Assembly (NCBI GenBank): GCA_964016885.1
Contig: OZ024745.1
Location: 92,628,001-92,692,000, forward strand
Direction: 5' to 3'
Source: Eledone cirrhosa
Lineage: Eukaryota
Length of the DNA: 64,000 nt
The notes under the pieces are model-generated. The model did not search any database. It saw nothing but the letters and a program-made list of their open reading frames with translations, and was not told the DNA's origin. Position 1 is the first letter of the stretch; each line of letters opens with the position of its first letter. The translations under genes and the position numbers were made by a program. Shown here piece after piece: positions 58,493-64,000 of this stretch.

Positions 58493-58799
58493 ATGTTTCT
58501 AGATAGCAATGCTTCCTTTAGAACTTTTACAAGAAACTAAATATTCTTGATAAGATTTTTCTGCACTTAAAAAAAAAAGAAGATCCCTTTTTATCTCACT
58601 GAAAAAAAGAGTTCAATCGAGATACAAAAGAGTTCAAGTAATAGAATACATTATGAAATGAGTTAACAGCTTTCAGATAATAGTGATGTTTAACTTTGGA
58701 AGAAGGCCACTGATATGTAAGGAAAGAAGAGTCAGATCAGCTGAATCAACATCAGTTATTTTCTGGTTCTTATCGCATTAGTAAAGGAGCCTCTATCTG

Positions 58800-59140
58800 G
58801 TAACGAAAATTGCTAGGGATAGCAACCAAATCTCACTTTAATCACATTAGAGTCTTACAAAAGAAACTGGACAGGTTAGACAATGTAGTCTTAGACACCA
58901 CAAAAAAGATGGGATTGTCAAAGCTGGAATTGCTTTGAGAATAGATCTACATGAAATAACAGCCAAATCTCCCTTTAACCACCTCTCTAGAGTTTAACAT
59001 ATGATGAACACAAGAAGTAATGTAGTCCTTGATACCACTAAACTGACAAGAAGGTTATGGTTAGGAAATCCTTGATTACAGATCTGCTTGATCAGAGTTG
59101 AGCTGGAGCTAAACACCAACACCACCAATAACAACATGTA
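58800..59140 (+). mobile_element. Two tandem degenerate copies of a dispersed repeat (SINE 3' part) ending in aacaccaac
   Basis: Repeated motifs (g/c)caaatctc..tttaa, aatgtagtc, agatct; related to 11564-11728. Confidence 0.5.
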
Positions 59141-59353
59141 CTTAGTAACTGTACTAAATACTGGGTTAGGTCCAATCAATTAATCAAGGTGGTATCTCAG
59201 TGTAGCCACAGTCTAATAACCTAAACTAGTAAGAGAATAAAAATAGCAGATGAGAAATGAACTTACCTCAATACAAAATGAACCTATTACCCTATTGTAG
59301 GAAGTTTATCTTTTTACAACAAAGGCCAAGAAAATATGAAGGGAATTACATGA

Positions 59354-59588
59354 TTAACCCTTTAGCATTTACATTACTCTATATTTCCTATTGTATTTTC
59401 GCAGTAACAATAATACTAACAACAACAACAATTATTATGTCACATAATATCAAATCTATGATATTTTGATATTTATTTTGAGAACAATTTCTTAACGTCA
59501 GTATGAGTGGGCGGTTACAGCCAGTTTGAACAGAAAGAGGTGAGAGAATTCTGGCCAGATACAGCCAGTTCAAATGCTAAAGGGTTAA
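59354..59588. mobile_element. piggyBac-type MITE (TTAA TSD, 13-bp TIR ccctttagcattt)
   Basis: TTAA-ccctttagcattt ... aaatgctaaaggg-TTAA; the subterminal sequence also occurs at 52000-52076. Confidence 0.85.
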
Positions 59589-60311
59589 CAATCTTAACCT
59601 AACCATCTACTTATTTTAGCAACAGAGTAGGTTACAATCCATACAGTGTTATATCATCATGGGGTCCTTTATGGAGGCATTGTTTTATGGACAGATAACC
59701 TTTCAGGGTCTAACTTTAGTCACCTCTTATGACTCATAGATAGTGTAGAACATATGAAGAGAAGATAATTCATATGGTTATCCATCTTAACCCAACCATT
59801 TACTGATTTTAGCAGTACACAAATATATATTTCTTTTCATAGATTTTTAACATCAATTTTTATCTGTTGAAGAACTGGTAAACCTAGTTGAACTTAATTT
59901 CCCAATACTGTTACATATAATCAATCATCTGCCGTGAAAATAGATTTGCTTCAGTTTTATTTACAAACATATAAGTCTGTGCTTGTGAGGAAAGGGGTGG
60001 GGTAGGGCGCATGTGTGTGTGTTTGAGAGAGAGAGAGATGAATGTGTGTGTATATATGCTTTTACATGTACACATACATGTATACACACACATATATATA
60101 TATATATATATATTGTTATACTTGGGGAGAGTCATATTTGTGTAATATTGCCAGAATTAATAACAGAACACACTCACTGTTTGGTTGGTTTTCGCTTTTC
60201 GCTTCTGTGTCTTTTATATCGGTAATCTAATTTATTCGGTCCTCAATGTTGCCATTGACTGACCAATGGTCAAAAATAATACAGATACAATATAGACACA
60301 AACACATATAT

Positions 60312-60365
60312 ATAGTTTATCAAAGTTCTTTCATTGCACATCTGCAACATCGCCAGTGGTGCTAT
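60312..60365 (-). ncRNA. Degenerate minimal type I hammerhead motif in the PLE pLTR
   Basis: Reverse complement atagcacca-CTGGCGA-t-gttgca-gatg-tgcaat-GAAA-gaac-tt-tgataaactat; core has G in place of the conserved A of CUGA. Confidence 0.55.
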
Positions 60366-60594
60366 TGTTTCCTCCCGTTGTATTGTATGTCTACGCCATC
60401 TTTATTTAGTCTGTTTATATATTTATTTTATTTTGTCTTCTTTGCGTTTGCGTGTGTGTATAGTGTTTTGTTTGATGTGTGTTCGTGATTGGGTGACTGT
60501 GTATTGGTTAATGTATTCTATCTTTACTAGTGTGTGTTTATATGTGTTTGTTGTTATTGTGCTTGTGTATGTATTTATTTATCTATTTATTTAT

Positions 60595-61295
60595 TTATAC
60601 TTCTCTTAGGTCAGTGTTGTTTGTTTGGGTGTTGTTGTTATTCCATTCATTCTTTCTGTTTAGCCTTGGCCTTCTAAGTTCTATTTCACTGGCCTCTCTG
60701 ATTTGCCTATCTGCTGGGTCATTTCTATGTTTAGATATTATTCTAATTTCTATGTTGTCTATGTTACCGTTGTGTTGTTGTCTGGCATGTTCGTATAGTA
60801 CTGAACCGTTTTTTCGTCCTTTTAGTTCTCCCCAGTGTTGGTCTATCCTTTTACCTATGCTACGAGCTGTCTCACCTATGTATGTTGTTGTCATGTTTCT
60901 GCAAGTACCCTCTGTACATCTTATGCTATAGACTACGTTTCTAGTTTTACAGTTTATCCGGGGGTTTACCTTACATATGATACATTTCCTATTAGTACAG
61001 TGGGTTTTCTTAAAAGGGTAGGTTTTGCTGATCAGGGATTTTATGGTGGCTTTTCTACCACCTTAATCTATAAGTGGGTCTTTCTCAGGGCCTTTCTACA
61101 CTGGTTAGCTAATTTCCCTCCAGGGGTAGCGTCCACAAACATGACACTCTGTTATCTCTGGTTGTCGTACCATGAGGTGGCTTTCCCTATCTTATGTCTA
61201 GCCCTATCTAAGCTATTCCATGATTTGCTCCTGTATAATGGGCAAATTCCTTTCCTGTCCAGTTCTATGAGGGTCTTATACTTCTCCATGGCTAT
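60595..61295 (-). pseudogene. PLE C-terminal linker plus GIY-YIG endonuclease remnant
   Basis: GICPLYRSKSW...FVDATPGGKLA...IKVVEKP (stop, frameshift) ...CTNRKCIIC...NCKTRNVVYSIRCTEGTC...YIGETARSIGKRIDQH...LYEHARQQH...RQIREASEIELRRPRLNRKNEW. Confidence 0.9.
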
Positions 61296-61601
61296 CAACA
61301 ACACCCAAACAAACAACACTGACCTAAGAGAAGTATAAATAAATAAATAGATAAATAAATAAATAAATAAATAAATACATACACAAGCACAATAACAACA
61401 AACACATATAAACACATACTAGTAAAGATAGAATACATTAACCAATACACAGTCACCCAATCACGAACACACATCAAACAAAACACTATACACACACGCA
61501 AACGCATGCGCAAAGAAGACAAAATAAAATAAACAAATAAATAAATATATAAACAGACTAAATAAAGATGGCGTAGACATACGATACAACGGGAGGAAAC
61601 A

Positions 61602-61655
61602 ATAGAACCACTGGCGATGTTGCAGATGTGCAATGAAAGAACTTTGATAAACTAT
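61602..61655 (+). ncRNA. Degenerate minimal type I hammerhead motif in the inverted pLTR
   Basis: atagaacca-CTGGCGA-tgttgcagatgtgcaat-GAAA-gaactttgataaactat. Confidence 0.55.
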
Positions 61656-61887
61656 ATATATGTGTATTATTTTTGACCGTTGGTCAGTCAATGGCAACAT
61701 TGAGGACCAAATAAATTAGATTACCGATATAAAAGACAGAAGCGAGAAGCGAAAACCAACCAAACAGTGAGTGTGTTCTGTTATTAATTCTGGCAATATT
61801 ACACAAATATGACCCTTCCCAAGTATAACAATATTTGTTTCGACACACGATTTCATATAAAAAATCTCGCAAAACTAATTCATCGCC

Positions 61888-61950
<63 letters not shown>

Positions 61951-62008
61951 CAGGGCCTCGCTGGCTGACCTATTGACGTTTCAACACCAAAATCCAAACT
62001 GGGGTTAC

Positions 62009-62076
<68 letters not shown>

Positions 62077-62288
62077 GAAAATATAAGAATACATATAGAA
62101 GTCAGGATTGAAACCCAAATCATGCAATTACTTCTCAGTCTGCTAGCAAACCAATTTAAAGCACACAATATTTTAAATACAGTGAAAAAAAAATGGAAAC
62201 GTTTTAAACACACAAACATACATATATGTACTAATACACACATATATTGTGCAATGATTATATATATATATACACACACACACACATA

Positions 62289-63687
62289 TCTATACAATAT
62301 ATAAAATTGAAATTGTCTGTGTGTGTGTGTGTGTGTGCATCCCCTAAGTTTTGCAGAGTCTATACAAATCCACATTTCTACTCCAATTGACTTCAAACTT
62401 GCATTTATATATTCCTTGCGGTCTAAAGATATTAACTGCAGCTTTAATTTTCAAGTTTCTGTTGTTAAAGGGGTGTTAGGCGCCGGTTATCGATCTCTCT
62501 CTCTTTCTTAGTCTGCCTTTTTAGATAGATACATAGCTATAAGGTCGCGCCCTTATAATATCTGGCTGTCTGCATTACGACATTATGACAAACATTATTC
62601 TCATTGATGACGTATTTTCTTCGCCATTTTCCGTTCATTGCCAGGGAACGTCTTCACGAACCAAAATATCATCTTCCTATTTTCCTCCGGTTGCAACGTT
62701 TTTCGAAATATTTACTTCTGCGTTCACAGATTGATCTTTTTAGTTTCAGAAGATCCCGTTAAGGGTGAAAGCAATGTCAATGTTACTTCTGCTACATAGG
62801 ACTCCCATTACCACTGAACTTTCACCTTTGCGTTCTGCATTTCCATCCGCAGGCCAACATGCAATGGTCTTCAAGGTAGTCAGTTTATTGAGGGAGAAAC
62901 AGAAGGGTCTTGAATTTGCCATCCAAAAAACCCATTGACAATAATGAAAACTGCTAACATCAACGCAGAATGATTGTAGGTCGCTTTAACCCGTCTTTTA
63001 TTAATCAAAAAACTTCTTGCTAATAAACATTAACCCTTTGTGCGCTATTCATCTAACTGTAGACCAACAAATACCAACTAAACGGAGCATTGACAAGAAC
63101 AATGGCGAATGAATCTTCAAGCTAAGCAGTTTCCTCCCGAGCTGTTGGTTCATGCGGGATTCTCTGCTACACCTTTTCGTAATAATACTGAACAACGTAC
63201 TGCTGGTCACTCCTTCCTCCTAAAGCTGTACAAAACGGACATGTGCATCGGGCAGATGGATCGGGTGCAAATCTACACCAGGCCTACGCGAGAAATTCGC
63301 AAGGGACTGCACCGAGAGGGATAGAGAGAAAGAGTAACTTAGTGAAAAGAGTGCGAATGAACTTTCGAGGTAAGTAGCCTACGCCTTACTGCTATTGCAC
63401 TGGAACCTTCTGCCAACTTAACCTGTGACTTTCTCTTTCACATTTACTCCAATAGGCCAAAACAGAGTCGAAACAACTGTCACAGAAGGAGTATGAAAAG
63501 AAGGGGCTCAACAATATTTCTATGAACAATGCACGTAGACAGCTAAACTACTTTTAATTTCTTAATTTTCTCCAAATAAAACAGGTTTCCTGTCGGTATA
63601 TTTTCGTGAGTTTTTAACAGGCACTCACAAATAAACGTTTCTTATTACCAATGTTCTTACCCATGTAACGCCGGGATACACTGCTAG
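62289..63687 (+). mobile_element. Non-autonomous Helitron, ~1.4 kb, both ends present
   Basis: Inserted at A|T. 5' TCtatacaatatataaaattgaaattgtctgt(gt)n...caattgacttcaaactt. 3' imperfect hairpin cccatgtaacgccggg followed 8 nt later by CTAG. No TSD or TIR. Confidence 0.8.
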
Positions 63688-63689
63688 TG

Positions 63690-63727
<38 letters not shown>

Positions 63728-64000
63728 CACACACACACATATATACATATATAATCATTTAACTCTACACACACACACATATATATACATATATAATCAT
63801 TTAATTATATATACACACACAAATATATATATATATATATGGAAAAATGAAGTAAATTTATATATTTACAACCACATATATACATATATATATAAATGAA
63901 GTGAATTTATATATTTACAAACACACACACACACACATATATATATACTCACATGCACAGCAACACATCAACACACACATACACCCCCATATATTATCCA
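63688..64000. repeat. (TA)n/(CA)n microsatellite mosaic
   Basis: Direct reading. Confidence 0.9.

Larger units (their letters stand above)
60110..61890 (-). mobile_element. 5'-truncated Penelope-like element with inverted pLTRs (60110-60637 and 61296-61834 plus tail to ~61890)
   Basis: ~530-bp inverted repeats enclose a minus-strand ORF remnant; (TA)n on both sides; a hammerhead motif in each repeat. Confidence 0.9.

Noticed and set aside
59591-59815. Two ~31-bp direct repeats (atcttaacc.aaccat.tact.attttagca) about 190 bp apart
   Set aside because: Too short and degenerate to define an element or TSD.
60246-61872. Paired similar ORFs on opposite strands (MLPLTDQ..., MHICNIAS...)
   Set aside because: Antisense translations of the two inverted pLTRs, not genes.

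Overview
AT-rich eukaryotic (animal) genomic DNA with no recognisable intact host gene. The microsatellite load and the SINE/RTE repertoire look like a coleoid cephalopod (octopus-like); this is inference. Over half the window (~12.3-47.3 kb) is one 24-bp tandem array, (CCACCACTAACAGTAACACCCACA)n, built hierarchically from 24 bp monomers into ~2.86-kb and then ~15-kb higher-order repeats. A ~4-kb 29-32-bp minisatellite precedes it. The flanks are (TA)n/(CA)n/(GA)n microsatellites and transposon remains: a CR1/L2-group LINE 3' end, RTE LINE pieces (one with an intact C-terminal ORF), many tRNA-derived SINEs, Penelope-like element (PLE) RT and GIY-YIG fossils, a hAT/Buster fragment, pogo/Tigger ends, a piggyBac-type MITE and a complete-ended non-autonomous Helitron. 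The most interesting signal, invisible in the ORF track, is a recurring set of type-I hammerhead-ribozyme folds (at ~0.1/0.25, 1.4, 48.1, 57.1, 60.3 and 61.6 kb). Most lie in inverted or palindromic PLE-type repeats embedded in (TA)n. They include a perfect 293-bp palindrome next to its non-palindromic sibling, and a three-way junction that keeps all helices but has lost the CUGANGA core. Nearly all long ORFs in the track are by-products of simple repeats.
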